64,000 nucleotides of DNA from Eledone cirrhosa (GCA_964016885.1 OZ024740.1:181908001-181972000); one strand, 5' to 3'; shown: positions 1 to 14,191, counted from the first letter of the stretch. A program made the numbers and translations. Notes: generated from the sequence alone by a model not told the origin.

Positions 1-245
1 AGGGCTAGAAGGACAGTGGTGGTGGGGTAATGGCAGGGTGTGTTGGGATGCGCCAGAGGAGGAGAGAGTTAGTTAGGCAGGTAGTAGAAGCAGCAGCAGC
101 AGTGGAAATGGCATGCTAGGTTTGATTGGTCGAATAGGCTATGGTGGTGTGTGGGGGTGGGGGGGAGGGAAATTGTGAGGTAGGAACTGAGGGTCGCATG
201 GTAAATATCCAAGTTAATACTACATCAGTAAAATTAACAATAATA

Positions 246-3200
246 ACGTCATGAAAAAAGCTACTAAGAGAAACCCTCGAAAATTTATCGCTAATACAGC
301 AGGGAAAATTTAACGCTAATACAGCAGGGAACATCATATTAACGACATGAAAAAGCTACTAAGAGAAACCCTCGAAAGTTTATCGCTAATACAGCAGGGG
401 AAATTTAACGCTAATACAACAGGGAACATCATATTAACGACATGAAAAAGCTACTAAGAGAAACCCTCGAAAATTTATCGCTAATACAGCAGGGAAAATT
501 TAACGCTAATACAGCAGGGAACATCATATTAACGACATGAAAAAGCTACTAAGAGAAACCCTCGAAAATTTATCGCTAATACAGCAGGGGAAATTTAACG
601 CTAATACAGCAGGGAACATCATATTAACGACATGAAAAAGCTACTAAGAGAAACCCTCGAAAATTTATCGCTAATACAGCAGGGAAAATTTAACGCTAAT
701 ACAGCAGGGAACATCATATTAACGACATGAAAAAGCTACTAAGAGAAACCCTCGAAACTTTATCGCTAATACAGCAGGGAAAATTTAACGCTAATACAGC
801 AGGGAACATCATAATATTAACGACATGAAAAAGCTACTAAGAGAAACCCTCGAAAATTTATCGCTAATACAGCAGGGAAAATTTAACGCTAATACAGCAG
901 GGAACATCATAATATTAACGACAATATGTAGGCTAAAATACCTTCGTAGATTAGGTGGATGGCTGGCTGGGAAAATTGAATCATCTCTAGTGGTACATTT
1001 TAGCAGAGAAGAATGGCAAAGTGTCTTATCTCTTCAATATTTTCAGATTGAATGAATTAGGTTAAAGACAGGGTAGTAAGCCTTAAAGAAGTGCATAGAG
1101 GGGGGGGGGTAGGAACTGAGGGTCACATGGTAAATAACTGAGAGAGATACAATAGGATTAGAATACCGCATGGTAAATATCCAAGTTAATAAGTTAATAC
1201 TACATCAGTAAAATTAACAATAATAACGTCATGAAAAAAGCTACTAAGAGAAACCCTCGAAAATTTATCGCTAATACAGCAGGGAAAATTTAACGCTAAT
1301 ACAGCAGGGAACATCATATTAACGACATGAAAAAGCTACTAAGAGAAACCCTCGAAAATTTATCGCTAATACAGCAGGGAAAATTTAACGCTAATACAGC
1401 AGGGAACATCATATTAACGACATGAAAAAGCTACTAAGAGAAACCCTCGAAAGTTTATCGCTAATACAGCAGGGAAAATTTAACGCTAATACAGCAGGGA
1501 ACATCATAATATTAACGACATGAAAAAGCTACTAAGAGAAACCCTCGAAAATTTATCGCTAATACAGCAGGGAAAATTTAACGCTAATACAGCAGGGAAC
1601 ATCATAATATTAACGACAATATGTAGGCTAAAATACCTTCGTAGATTAGGTGGATGGCTGGCTGGGAAAATTGAATCATCTCTAGTGGTACATTTTAGCA
1701 GAGAAGAATGGCAAAGTGTCTTATCTCTTCAATATTTTCAGATTGAATGAATTAGGTTAAAGACAGGGTAGTAAGCCTTAAAGAAGTGCATAGAGGGGGG
1801 GGGGTAGGAACTGAGGGTCACATGGTAAATAACTGAGAGAGATACAATAGGATTAGAATACCGCATGGTAAATATCCAAGTTAATAAGTTAATACTACAT
1901 CAGTAAAATTAACAATAATAACGTCATGAAAAAAGCTACTAAGAGAAACCCTCGAAAATTTATCGCTAATACAGCAGGGAAAATTTAACGCTAATACAGC
2001 AGGGAACATCATATTAACGACATGAAAAAGCTACTAAGAGAAACCCTCGAAAATTTATCGCTAATACAGCAGGGGAAATTTAACGCTAATACAGCAGGGA
2101 ACATCATATTAACGACATGAAAAAGCTACTAAGAGAAACCCTCGAAAATTTATCGCTAATACAGCAGGGAAAATTTAACGCTAATACAGCAGGGAACATC
2201 ATATTAACGACATGAAAAAGCTACTAAGAGAAACCCTCGAAAGTTTATCGCTAATACAGCAGGGAAAATTTAACGCTAATACAGCAGGGAACATCATAAT
2301 ATTAACGACATGAAAAAGCTACTAAGAGAAACCCTCGAAAATTTATCGCTAATACAGCAGGGAAAATTTAACGCTAATACAGCAGGGAACATCATAATAT
2401 TAACGACAATATGTAGGCTAAAATACCTTCGTAGATTAGGTGGATGGCTGGCTGGGAAAATTGAATCATCTCTAGTGGTACATTTTAGCAGAGAAGAATG
2501 GCAAAGTGTCTTATCTCTTCAATATTTTCAGATTGAATGAATTAGGTTAAAGACAGGGTAGTAAGCCTTAAAGAAGTGCATAGAGGGGGGGGGGGTAGGA
2601 ACTGAGGGTCACATGGTAAATAACTGAGAGAGATACAATAGGATTAGAATACCGCATGGTAAATATCCAAGTTAATAAGTTAATACTACATCAGTAAAAT
2701 TAACAATAATAACGTCATGAAAAAAGCTACTAAGAGAAACCCTCGAAAATTTATCGCTAATACAGCAGGGAAAATTTAACGCTAATACAGCAGGGAACAT
2801 CATATTAACGACATGAAAAAGCTACTAAGAGAAACCCTCGAAAATTTATCGCTAATACAGCAGGGAAAATTTAACGCTAATACAGCAGGGAACATCATAT
2901 TAACGACATGAAAAAGCTACTAAGAGAAACCCTCGAAAGTTTATCGCTAATACAGCAGGGAAAATTTAACGCTAATACAGCAGGGAACATCATAATATTA
3001 ACGACATGAAAAAGCTACTAAGAGAAACCCTCGAAAATTTATCGCTAATACAGCAGGGAAAATTTAACGCTAATACAGCAGGGAACATCATAATATTAAC
3101 GACAATATGTAGGCTAAAATACCTTCGTAGATTAGGTGGATGGCTGGCTGGGAAAATTGAATCATCTCTAGTGGTACATTTTAGCAGAGAAGAATGGCAA

Positions 3201-4028
3201 AGTGTCTTATCTCTTCAATATTTTCAGATTGAATGAATTAGGTTAAAGACAGGGTAGTAAGCCTTAAAGAAGTGCATAGAGGGGGGGGGGGGTAGGAACT
3301 GAGGGTCACATGGTAAATAACTGAGAGAGATACAATAGGATTAGAATACCGCATGGTAAATATCCAAGTTAATAAGTTAATACTACATCAGTAAAATTAA
3401 CAATAATAACGTCATGAAAAAAGCTACTAAGAGAAACCCTCGAAAATTTATCGCTAATACAGCAGGGAAAATTTAACGCTAATACAGCAGGGAACATCAT
3501 ATTAACGACATGAAAAAGCTACTAAGAGAAACCCTCGAAAATTTATCGCTAATACAGCAGGGGAAATTTAACGCTAATACAGCAGGGAACATCATATTAA
3601 CGACATGAAAAAGCTACTAAGAGAAACCCTCGAAAATTTATCGCTAATACAGCAGGGAAAATTTAACGCTAATACAGCAGGGAACATCATATTAACGACA
3701 TGAAAAAGCTACTAAGAGAAACCCTCGAAAGTTTATCGCTAATACAGCAGGGAAAATTTAACGCTAATACAGCAGGGAACATCATAATATTAACAACATG
3801 AAAAAGCTACTAAGAGAAACCCTCGAAAATTTATCGCTAATACAGCAGGGAAAATTTAACGCTAATACAGCAGGGAACATCATAATATTAACGACAATAT
3901 GTAGGCTAAAATACCTTCGTAGATTAGGTGGATGGCTGGCTGGGAAAATTGAATCATCTCTAGTGGTACATTTTAGCAGAGAAGAATGGCAAAGTGTCTT
4001 ATCTCTTCAATATTTTCAGATTGAATGA
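246..4028. repeat. Nested tandem array: 95-bp monomers (each with an internal ~25-bp duplication) in blocks of 7,4,5,4,5, separated by a ~310-bp spacer
   Basis: The monomer aacgacatgaaaaagctact... starts at 341, 436, 531, 626, 721 (period 95). The identical 76-aa spurious ORF recurs at 825, 1520, 2310, 3006, 3798 (periods 695, 790, 696, 792). Confidence 0.97.
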
Positions 4029-4084
4029 AATTGTACAAAATATAATTTAGAGATATATCAGATAAAAGAATGGTATTTAACTAA

Positions 4085-4350
4085 TGTTTTGGTACGCGAT
4101 GGGGCCCAACCACAGCCCCGGCGGACAGAATGGAGAAGGCATTTCCCCAGAACGGCAAGGGAGACGTGCTGGAAAAGCCACTCCAACTCGCGGGGCTCAC
4201 ACCTGCAGCTGGCCAGCTCAGCGCCTATGGTGGTGACTAAGGAGGTAGCCCTGGGACGGAGGACACCAGTAGTCTCCACTGCCAGGGGAACGACTGCAAA
4301 CCTATTGGAGGGCGACCGGTATTTGAGGAGTTTGGCCCCCTCAGCCCAAC
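4085..4350 (-). mobile_element. 3' fragment of a CRE-like non-LTR retrotransposon (restriction-like endonuclease C-terminus)
   Basis: The translation KLLKY...FAVVPLAVETTG...IGAEL...RELEWLFQHVSLAV matches the CRE-type RLE pattern KxxKY..FxPxAxETxG...LFQRxSxAxQRGNA. Confidence 0.7.
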
Positions 4351-4384
4351 GTGTGTGTGTGTTTGTATATACATATATATATAT

Positions 4385-4560
4385 AATTGTTTCTACTTTA
4401 GGCACAAGGCCAGCAATCACCAGTGCATTACTGGTACTTTATTTTATCGACCCCATAACGATGAAAGGCAAAGTCAACCTCAGCAGGATTTGAACTCAGA
4501 TCGTAAAGGGACGTAACTATGCTGGAAAGCATAGTTACGTCCTTTTACGATCTGAGTTCC
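4385..4560 (-). mobile_element. SINE family B (B-box-containing, (ATT)n tail; resembles octopus OR-type SINEs)
   Basis: Shares ctgagttcaaatcc...ctttcatc...gtcgataaaataaagtaccagtaatgcactgg...ttgtgcctaaagtagaaacaattatt with copies at 7690, 11128, 14192, 26836 and 43666. Confidence 0.8.
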
Positions 4561-4564
4561 CTAA

Positions 4565-6690
4565 TTCCTATATCCCTCTTTTCCTTAATTTATTTCATTG
4601 TTTGATCATTTGACATTTCAATTCCTTGACTTCTTTCAATTCTTCTCCATTCCAACATCATTTATGAAAACTGTATATTCAAGATTTTCCTGTTGCTTCT
4701 CATTTTACACAAATAGCTTCAAATCATCCATATATAGGAGATGATTTATTTGACCATACCCTTTTCCAAAATCATAAGCTATTTTAACTTTCTGTAACAT
4801 CAGACTGAGTTGAATCATGGCCAATACAAATAGCAATGGCAATAAGCTACGTCATTTCATCATTTCATTTTGCGTCCGCTTTTCCCTGCTTGCAAGGGTG
4901 GGATGGGAACTGATTCTGGCTTAATTTCTACTACAGCTGGATGCTCTTCCTAACACCAATCTCATTTACAGTCAGGGCTGGGTGCTTTTTTGTTGTGGCA
5001 CCTACACGTCCACTTTGCAGTGGAATGATAGGGACGTCAGTCCCTATCATCTCATTTCTACAGCTGAGTGAATATACTACATCTGATGTTCACCTTCAAT
5101 CAACTCAATGTATTAATGTTTCATACAGTTTCTCCATACAACACCAAACATGCTCATTGTTTTACATATCCAAAAGTGTCATATCATGTTATATGCCTTT
5201 ATATAATCCAACCAATTTCCATTTCCAATTTCCAATTTCTGATTATCCTTTTATTAATTAACAACTAATCATTTGTTCCCCCACTTCTCCTTCTACATCT
5301 TTTCTATTCCACTAGAAGTAAATTATTATTTTTGAGGTGGTTGTATAACATTTCCAATAAGACACCGGTCATAAGCTTCTACATAAATGGCAAAAAGCTT
5401 ATTGGTTGAAAATTTGACACCAAATTACCACTAAGTGGATCCTTAAGACACAACAATGTTTGCTCAATTGTCATGCTAGGAGGAAATTGTTCCCATTGTA
5501 AACATTCACCAAATTGTGCTGTACTCTTTTCAAACAACTGGCTAAACTTCTTTGGCCAGTAAGTTTAAAATCCATCCAGGCCTGGTCCTCTTCAACGTGG
5601 TACTTTTTCAACTTAAGTTTCACTGAGTTCAGATCAATTTTACTGTACTCCTGTTTTGGTACATTAACAAGTTATCTCCCCATCTGTGTAAGTCACTCTG
5701 CATTTTCATTTTGTCTCTTTGAACTGCCCCCAAATACTTCCAAAAATTCTTTATTTTCTTCTATATCAAGAGCTTCTTATTGGTGGTGAAAAGCACATGC
5801 TATTTGATTGAAACAATCTATTTTGTTCAAAGCCCTTGCCCCACCAGCATCATATCTTTGGTATTTAATGCCACAAAACTTTGTAACAATTCTCTATGTA
5901 CTGTTTGCCTTCCTTCTCTTCCAACCTCTACTGTCCACTCAATTTTCTGTGCATTGCCTTATTATTGAGCTCTCGTTATCCTGTTTAGTTGCCCCAGTTT
6001 CTTTTTGTGTCTTTTCCAACTTCATTTTTATTCATTTCGCTCAGCTTTTTTCTTTCTTTCCTTCTTTTCTTCAACTATCTTCTGCTTGAATCCTTTGATG
6101 TCAGCAATAACATTAATGGTGATTATGATGATATGGATATGGTGTATGTGTTTCCTCAATGTATCTGTTTCAATAAGGCTCAAAGCACTGTTTAATTTCC
6201 TTATGGTTTCCCTTACTTTTTCTATGTCTATTTATCTTAAATCTGGTGGTAATCGTCGTGTACACCAAACATTTTAACTCTCAGCATTTCCAGAATCTCC
6301 TTCATTTTATCATCCGAATCCTGTTCAACATTTATTGTCACTCACCCAGCTTCACTTCTTTCACTTTGTACTTCATCAACATTCTCAGGCACAAAGAGAT
6401 GTTCTTCCATTCCTAGCTCCTCATTTCCGTCTTTTAATACTGGTGCTTCACAATCTTCCTGTTCATTTTCTATTCTTCTCGGAATTTCTTCAATCTCTCA
6501 TTCAGTAATTCAAACATTTGTATGAAATAACATTCTCTGATCTATCAATCATTGGCCGGAAGCATCAAAAACTCCCTTTTCAACCCATATCCTCTTCATT
6601 CTTTTCATGAAACCTCTTTTCTTCAATTTGCTCCAAGCCAAATTTCAATCACAATCTTATTTACCACTTTATGGCATTTCATGTTTCTCT
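4565..6690 (-). pseudogene. Decayed R4/Dong-like RLE LINE, reverse transcriptase region, interrupted by a SINE
   Basis: The minus strand reads NHLLYMDDLKLF at ~4705-4745 and GPGLDGF*TYWPKKF...KDP..GNLVSNFQPISFLP at ~5380-5590. Many stops and frameshifts. Confidence 0.75.
4853..5070 (-). mobile_element. SINE family A, 3' part
   Basis: Reverse complement of the 10726-11060 body and tail (ggtgttaggaag.gcatccagctgtag, cccacccttgcaagcaggg). Confidence 0.8.
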
Positions 6691-6759
6691 TACTGCACAT
6701 TATTATTATTATTGTTATCATTATTGTTATCATTTTTGTTATTATTTTTATTGTACATC

Positions 6760-7660
6760 ATTACTGCTTTACCGAGCACAGCTCTGTGTGCCTTGGGTAT
6801 GTGCAGTGTAGTTTTTTCTAATGTTGTTTCTATTATATTGATAGTACTGTTTGTAATATGTGTACAGTGCCTAGTAGTGCTATCTTTTGTATGCTTTATA
6901 TATTTATAAGTACTGGGGTTTTGGCTACGTATTTGTCTGTGTATTATTTTAACATTCCTAGCGCACTTATTTTTATGGATATTGTTTCTGTTTTCATTTT
7001 TTACATTCCAGTTGTTCCTATCTCTAGATCTATATATTTGGAGAGTTTCTCTATTTCCCTGGAAGATATATTGTCATCTGTGGGGATAGATACATCTATT
7101 AGAAGGCATTTTTTTTTTTTTGTGTTCTTTGATTATAATATCTGGTCCGTTGGCCTTGATCTCTCTGTCTGCATGTATTGGCATATACCAGAGAATGGTT
7201 GCTTTGCCATTCACTGAGACTTTTTCTGGTTTGCGTCTGTACCATCTTTTTCTGTTGCTATTTCATAATGCTGGCATAATTTCCAGTGTATGAAGGTTCC
7301 AACTCTATCATGCCTGTGGATATATTCTTTTTTGGCTAGAGCTGGGCATCCAGAGACTATGTGGTTGATTGTTTCTTTCCTATCTCTACATATTCTCCAG
7401 TTACTTATTGTGCTTTGTTTCATTATATACTTCTGGTAGTTTCTGGTGGGTAGACTCTGGTCCTGCACTGCAATTAGAAATCCTTCTGTCTCAGCTTTTA
7501 GTCCAGTGCTTCAGAGCCAGTTTTATGTGTTTTCTTTCTGTACTTCCTTTCTATTTAGCTTTTTGGGGTATTGGCCATGTAAGGATTTCTCTTACCATCG
7601 TTTTAACATGGCATTTTGGATATCAGTTTTCAATTTAAATTTTCTGTCTTTCACAATTTC
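6760..7660 (-). pseudogene. R4/Dong-like LINE 3' fragment (CCHC knuckle + RLE) next to (TTA)n-rich sequence
   Basis: RICRDRKETINHIVSGCPALAKKEYIHRHD, followed by PDIII..KKCLLIDVSIP...EKLSKY (PD..D/ExK RLE motif). Confidence 0.8.
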
Positions 7661-7689
7661 TATTGTTGTTTTTATTATTATTATTATTA

Positions 7690-8032
7690 TTGGCAGTATA
7701 GGTAGACTGTCGGTTGCCATGCTTTGCAGCATAGAGTTACGGCCCTTTATGATCTGAGTTCAAATCCTGCCAAGGTTAACTTTGCCTTTCATCCTTACGG
7801 GGTCGATAAAATAAAATACCAGTCATGCACTGGGGTCAATTTAATCGAATTTCCCCTCCCCCCAAATTGCTGGACTTGTGCCTATATAAAAAACCATTAT
7901 TGGCAGTATCGATAGAATGTCAAACACCATACTTGCCTTTATGTTCTGAGTTCAAATCCTGCCGAGGTCAGCTTTGCCTATTATCCAATAAAATAAAGTA
8001 CAAGTAATGCCCTTGGGTTAATTTAATCAACT

Positions 8033-8063
<31 letters not shown>

Positions 8064-8125
8064 GGCCTTCTGTTTAAATCTGAAACCATTGTTCACCTTG
8101 TGCCTAAATCAGAAAGATTTATTAT
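7690..8125 (+). mobile_element. Two adjacent SINE family B copies
   Basis: ggcagtat...ctgagttcaaatcctgcc occurs twice (~7755 and ~7946), each followed by the gataaaataaa/ttgtgccta tail. Confidence 0.7.
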
Positions 8126-10084
8126 TATTATCACCCTCATCATCATCAACGTCGTCATCATTTGTTTGCTGTCTATTTGCTTTTTAAACTTTTTAATGCC
8201 ACTATATGAATAATTTCAGAAATTGAAGATAACATGTCAACACTTTTGGTTTGTTTTCCCCATCTTCCCACCCCACCCTTAACTCAACAGTCTAAGACCT
8301 TTAGTCCACACTGTCCTGCTACAAATAAAAAGGAATTGTCAAAAACAGCATAAGGCAGAAAGGGAACATTATCATCTTGTGCTATTGGCATTGGGCATGA
8401 ATGTGTTCAATGATTTAATGAAGAAACAAAAAATGACATTGTATAATAGAGGTGTCAAACAAAACTTAAACATGCTATTCAGTTAGGAACCATTCAGTCA
8501 TAAAAATATTTTATATAAACTAGATGAAAATGCCTAGAGTCCAACCCTTTTGTTACTTTATTTTTAATGAACCCTTCTGTCTGTGATTTTCAAATAAATA
8601 GAAAGAATCTAGTAATATAACTAACTTTTTTTCATTTTTAAACTGGTATTTAGAACATAAAATTTCTATTATGTGATAGAAATTGCAAATCTAAATATGA
8701 ATAAATAGAAACAAACAGCTTTTTAACATTGAACTAGAGGCAGTGTCAGGTTGTTGATGTCAAAGGTGATAAATAACAGCAGCTGGAAACTAGAAAAATA
8801 CTGAGGGGAAAATATCTATGAATTTTATCACTATATACGTTTACAAACCACCTATTTTCAACTCATGTGGCTTTATAATTTCTAATGAGAATAATGATTG
8901 TATGTTTCAAGTAGTTTTCAATATAATGAACATTTTGATAATGTAGTAAAATATCTATATCTTGCAAGCAGGAAAAACAATCATTAAATGTTGATCATAA
9001 TGAAGATGATATATTTTTTATATTGATAGATATTATTAAACTGAAATCCCTGGAATGCTGGCATCATTAATGTGATAATGAGGTTTTTATTGAAATTTTA
9101 ATTCAAATATGAACACTTTGATATGGGGGGGAGGGGGTCTCAGGTGTGTTGATATTAAAAGGACTTTATCTTTCTCTCACACATATCATGTTTCTCTTTC
9201 TCCTTGTCTCTCACTCTCTCTTTCTCCAATTTACTGCCTCACAAAATAAATATTTCGCCAGCTAGAAGACTAGAAATTGAGCTGTTGTTATTATTGATTC
9301 ATATTAGACATTTAAATGAAAAAGTGTCAATGTCCGCTCAAACATTGGCAGCTTAATTGGCAAGTATGATCTGTATCATCATCATCATTAGTTTTACATC
9401 TATTTCTTCATGCTGTGGTGGATAGTTTGAGAGTGACTTTTGCTGAAAGATTTGAATGCTGGTTGCATTTTCCGATGCCAACTCTCGCATGTTTTTCTTC
9501 TTTTGTTAAAGTAATGAGTATTTTGCACATTTAACTGCTGAGCATCAAGATCTATTTATATGAAATGTGATCTGTGGAATCCAAAGTAAAAAGTGGACAA
9601 AGACACACACCAACATAAGAGCATGTGTGTAAGTGTGAATGAGACATGAAATTCGCATTGCAGAGTACACATCTAGGAACGTAAGTGCATACAATAAATA
9701 TTGTGTGTATGTACATATTTATGTATAAGTGTGCACATGTGTTCATGTAATAGAAAGTTTTGGAATCTACAAGCTGCATCACAGACTACACTATTGGGAA
9801 GTCAGTAACTACAAAGAAAAACTAATATAAGCGAGTTTCTCTTCTCCAAGTCATTGATGTAGTCCAAAAGAAAGGCAAGACTGATACAGTTTGGCACCAG
9901 TTTCGTAGCTATTCATTTTTACTTGCTGAGTGGACTAGAGCAAGGGGGAAATAATATGTATTGCTGAATGATACAATGCACCACCCTGTCCAGGAATTGA
10001 ACTCACAACCTTACACTCATGAACTCAATTCTCCAACCTCTTATGAATAAATATACATTTCAGCATTTTAACTATTTTCATAGA

Positions 10085-10685
10085 AAAAGTACAAGGGGAG
10101 GCACAATGATATTGACAGATTGGTTCACTGAAAGCCCTGTTATAAGTATGATATGAGCAGAAGTGAGAAATAGGATGAGCACCAATCAGAAAGATTTGCT
10201 GAAAATGAACAATATAAGATCTTGTTTGACATGACTAACTTGTGCAACCATCTTATCGTCGCTAGACATCCTGACATTGCTGTCATAGAAAAGAAGAATA
10301 ACAAGACAATTATTGTGGATATTGCTTCACTGTGGGACCACAAAGTGAATGAGAAAGAAAGAGAGAAAGATGAAAAATATCAGGAACTGAAGAGGGATAT
10401 CAGGAAACTATGGAGAATCAGACACTTAGAAGTGGTACTGATTGTGGTTAGCATACTGGGAGCAGTTAGTAAAAGTTTGGATGCATGAATTGAGAATTAT
10501 GGTCAGGACAGGATTGTTGCAGAAACCAGCCTTACTGGGAACAGCATGGATTCTAATGAGGGTGTTAGAAAGCTGAAGGAGAAGGAATAACCCAAAGGAA
10601 CTATGACAATTGGCTATGGGTCGCTCTTTTGGTATAGTGTCAGTATATCATTTGCCAGAGCAAAAGCATTACAAATGATAATAAT
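10085..10685 (+). pseudogene. R4/Dong-like LINE 3' fragment (RLE domain)
   Basis: RHND...ARHPDIAVIEKKNNKTIIVDIA...EKDEKYQEL..LW..VVLIVVSILG, ending in an (ATA)n tail. Confidence 0.8.
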
Positions 10686-10725
10686 TGGGCAAAGAAGAAA
10701 AAGAAAAATATTTCTATATTCAAAT

Positions 10726-11060
10726 GGAGGCACATGGCTTAGTGGTTAGAGCATTGGCCTTGCAATCGAAAGGTTGTGAGTTCAATTCTCAGTCCGGGTG
10801 ATGTGTTGTTTCCTTGAGCAAGGCATTTTATTTCACATTGCTCCAGTTTACTCAGCTGTAAAAATGAGATGATAGGACTGGGTTCCATATCATTCCACTG
10901 CAAAGTGGTTGTGGAGGTGCCACGGCAAAAAAGCACCCAGCACTCACTGTAAATGAGGTTGGTGTTAGGAAGGGCATCCAGCTGTAGAAATCAAGCCAGA
11001 ATCAGTTCCCGTCCGACCATTGCAAGCAGGGAAAAGTGGATGTAAAAGGAAATGAAGGAA
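10726..11060 (+). mobile_element. Full-length tRNA-derived SINE family A (resembles octopus OK-type SINE) with RTE-type tail
   Basis: A box TGGCTTAGTGG, B box GAGTTCAATTC and central ccttgagcaag. The tail is shared with the RTE 3' end at 33030-33085. Confidence 0.85.
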
Positions 11061-11127
11061 ATTATGAAATGCTTCAATTGAAGCATAAGTGTAACTTAAA
11101 AATTAAAAGACAAAAATTTGTTTTAAA

Positions 11128-11242
11128 ATAATTGTTTCTACATTTGGCACAAGACCAGCAATTACTCAGTGCATTACTGGTACTTTATTTTATCGACCCC
11201 GGGATTTGAACTCAGAATGGCAAGGGCCGTAACTCTATGCGT
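11128..11242 (-). mobile_element. SINE family B, internally deleted copy
   Basis: Same tail and B-box segment as 14192-14390. Confidence 0.7.
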
Positions 11243-11757
11243 CAATTTGTTTTAAAATAATGAAGTGAAATTTTAGATGACATAATAGCCATTTTGCTGG
11301 GTTTACTATTACTTTTACTTTTTCTATCTATTTTTGTTTATTTTTGTTTTTGTTTGTTTACATATTTGAAGTATTTATTAGTGGAAGACATATTTTCAAT
11401 TCATTTTCAGTTAGAAGCTGCTATGTAATTAAAATATAAAATATAACTCTTTGTTAAAATTATTACACATTTATTCTTTATACAAAGTCTCTTTTTATCT
11501 ATTTTTGTTATTACCATGTTGAAACTTAAGATTTTAATTACGGATTACAATATTTTATAAAAGTACTCTAAATGATGCCAAAAGACATATTATTTCTACT
11601 GTAACAAAGGATGGTAAATATATTGGAGTGTTTCTACAACTGTTGAATTGAAAACACTAGCCGACTTATTAATTCTTGTTCTAATTTATTTATCTATCTA
11701 TCAAATGAATAATATATATATGTATGTATGTGTATATATATATATATATATATATTT

Positions 11758-12693
11758 CGTTTCTGAATTTGTTTAGCAAGATTCTTTATCTGAAAACGTG
11801 TGTTGAAACGATATTGTTATGCTTTGGGAGGGTCATGTTGCCAATAAGAAACACACGCACCATAAATAAACACTTATTAGCAATACATAACCTTTTCAAA
11901 GACCTCCCTGTATAGATAAGAATTGTATAATCTGTAAACTAAGTCCCCATATTAATTGTAAAACTAAAAATGTAGTATATAGCATAAGATGTACTGAAGG
12001 ACAATGTAGAGATAAGAATATAGTGTACATAGGTGAGACAGCTCGTAGTATAGGAGAACGGATAAATGAACACTGGCGAGAAGTTCAAGATAGAAAAGAA
12101 TCATCTGTACTCCACCAACATGCTAAAATAGAACACAGGGGTAAATTAGAGAACATAGAAATAAAAATAGAATCTACACACAGAAAAGACGCAATGTTTA
12201 GACAAATCACAGAGGCAATAAACATAAATGTACTCCAACAAAAATTAAATAGAAAACATGAATGGAATAGCAATATCACAACTTACAATTAAGGACAAAC
12301 TGAAAACACACACACACACATAGAACAAACAACCAACCAGTAACATGTAAATAAACAAATAAATAAACAAATATAAACACACACAGACACCCGGATGTAG
12401 CACGTGCGCAAATAAGCACACAACACACAAAAAAAAACAAGATGGCATAGGACAGAACAAAGGAGAGGCACAAAAACAAAGAAAAGAATCCCCAGTCACT
12501 GAAGAGGTCACAGAATGTGTGACGAAAGAACTTTGACAATATATGAACAACCGTCCAGTTTTGGAACTAACCAACCAACCGGAAATTTATGAATTCTTAA
12601 ATTTATAAATTTAATTTATAATAAATTGGAGTGAAAGCAACTGGTGTATATGTTTCTTATTGGCAACATGTCTCTCCCAAAGCATAACAATAT
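11758..12693 (+). mobile_element. 5'-truncated Neptune-like PLE in (TA)n: GIY-YIG endonuclease, pLTR with HHR, short inverted arm at 11758-11855
   Basis: One frame reads PPCIDKNCIICKL...CKTKNVVYSIRCTEGQC...YIGETARSIGERINEH...HQHAKIEH...RQITEA (Cys linker, GIY-YIG, CCHH). 11811-11853 is the reverse complement of 12651-12693. Confidence 0.85.
12495..12537 (+). ncRNA. Type I hammerhead ribozyme motif
   Basis: gtca CTGAAGA g gtcaca gaatg tgtgac GAAA gaac TT tgac. Confidence 0.75.
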
Positions 12694-12917
12694 ATATATA
12701 TATATATATATATATCACAAAGGAATTGTGGTAAGGAACCAGATGGACCATAACGCACCAGAGTAGTCAATACTTAGGGTAGTAGAGTGGGAAATATATA
12801 GATATATATATTCATACATATATAAACACATATGTATTCATGAAGACACACACGCTTATATATATACACATACATATATATACACATATATATATACACA
12901 CACACACGCCACACATT

Positions 12918-12971
<54 letters not shown>

Positions 12972-13773
12972 CACACATATATACATATATACACACATAC
13001 ACACACATGTACACACCTACTTACCTTCTACTGCAATCAGATTAATTTGTATTTTCTAGCAGACAATTTTCTTCTTCAATATTACATAGTAAGAAAAGAA
13101 CATAATAATTTTCTATTTCAAGTTGTTCAAAATGTTTTTTTTTTATTTCAAATTTTAGCAAATTAGAATTTATTTTCCTTTCAAATATATTTAGAGGCTT
13201 AAGAATGACACTTTAGCCAAGTCTAGTAGATAACTTCACTTGTTATTAATGTGTATTTGCTGGTTTAAATGTTGTAGCATCATCATCATTATTTCCATGC
13301 TGGCATGGGTTAAATGGTGAAACATGTCTTGCTTGAATGTTTCATATTAAGGAAAGGTTTCTCTGGCTAGATTTTCTTCTTAATGTTTACCACATTACAG
13401 AGTGTACTGGGTTCTTTATATTTTGACACCAGCACTATGACTACAGTGTATTTTATTATGGCAATAGCACTTTGAAGAGTGCACTGGGGGAATTTTATGA
13501 TGAGATAAGCATTATCCTTTTACAGAGTATACTGATGCATTTCATTGTTGCATCAGCACTACCACTTTTCAGAATATATTGTGACATAGAAATAAGAATA
13601 TTTCAACTTTAACACCTATATAGTTATTTGTACAGATATGGCTGTGTGATTGAGAAGTTTACTTCCCAAGCATTTGGTTTGGGGTTCTATCCCACTATGT
13701 GACCTCAAAAGAAAGTGTCTTCTACTATAGTCCTGAGTTGATGAATGACTTGTGTGTGAAAAGGTAGATAGAA

Positions 13774-13821
<48 letters not shown>

Positions 13822-14191
13822 TGCATGTGTTTGGTGATAGAAATGGCATCCAGCCATAGAAAGCTTGACAGACAAAGTGTTGGGTGGTCCCTTCAGTAAT
13901 GTCAAGGACATGACAACCTTCCTAGTGTTGGTGATTTATATTATAAATACACCTAGTACATGCTGTAAAGTGGTGGGTGAGAGGAGGGGCATCTAGCCAT
14001 AGAAATCCTTCCAGACAGATGATTGGGAGGACTCTTCAGTCATGTCAAAGGCGTGACATCTGTGCACTCAGTGGAATGAGAGACCATACATAAGTAAGAC
14101 ACGGTTACCTAGGAGATCAGTGGCTCCACTTTTGTACTGATTTGGTGTATATGGACCCACCCAAACCTTGCTAGCAGGGAAAGCTCACATT

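Noticed and set aside
246-4028. CRISPR-like array or repeated 76-aa gene
   Set aside because: There are no unique spacers and no cas genes, and the context is eukaryotic. The ORF is a by-product of the tandem unit.
8214-8255. Possible micro-exon (tttcag...gtttgt)
   Set aside because: Weak splice signals that are expected by chance in AT-rich DNA.
10726-10800. tRNA gene
   Set aside because: A and B boxes are present, but this is the head of a multi-copy SINE without a proper acceptor stem.
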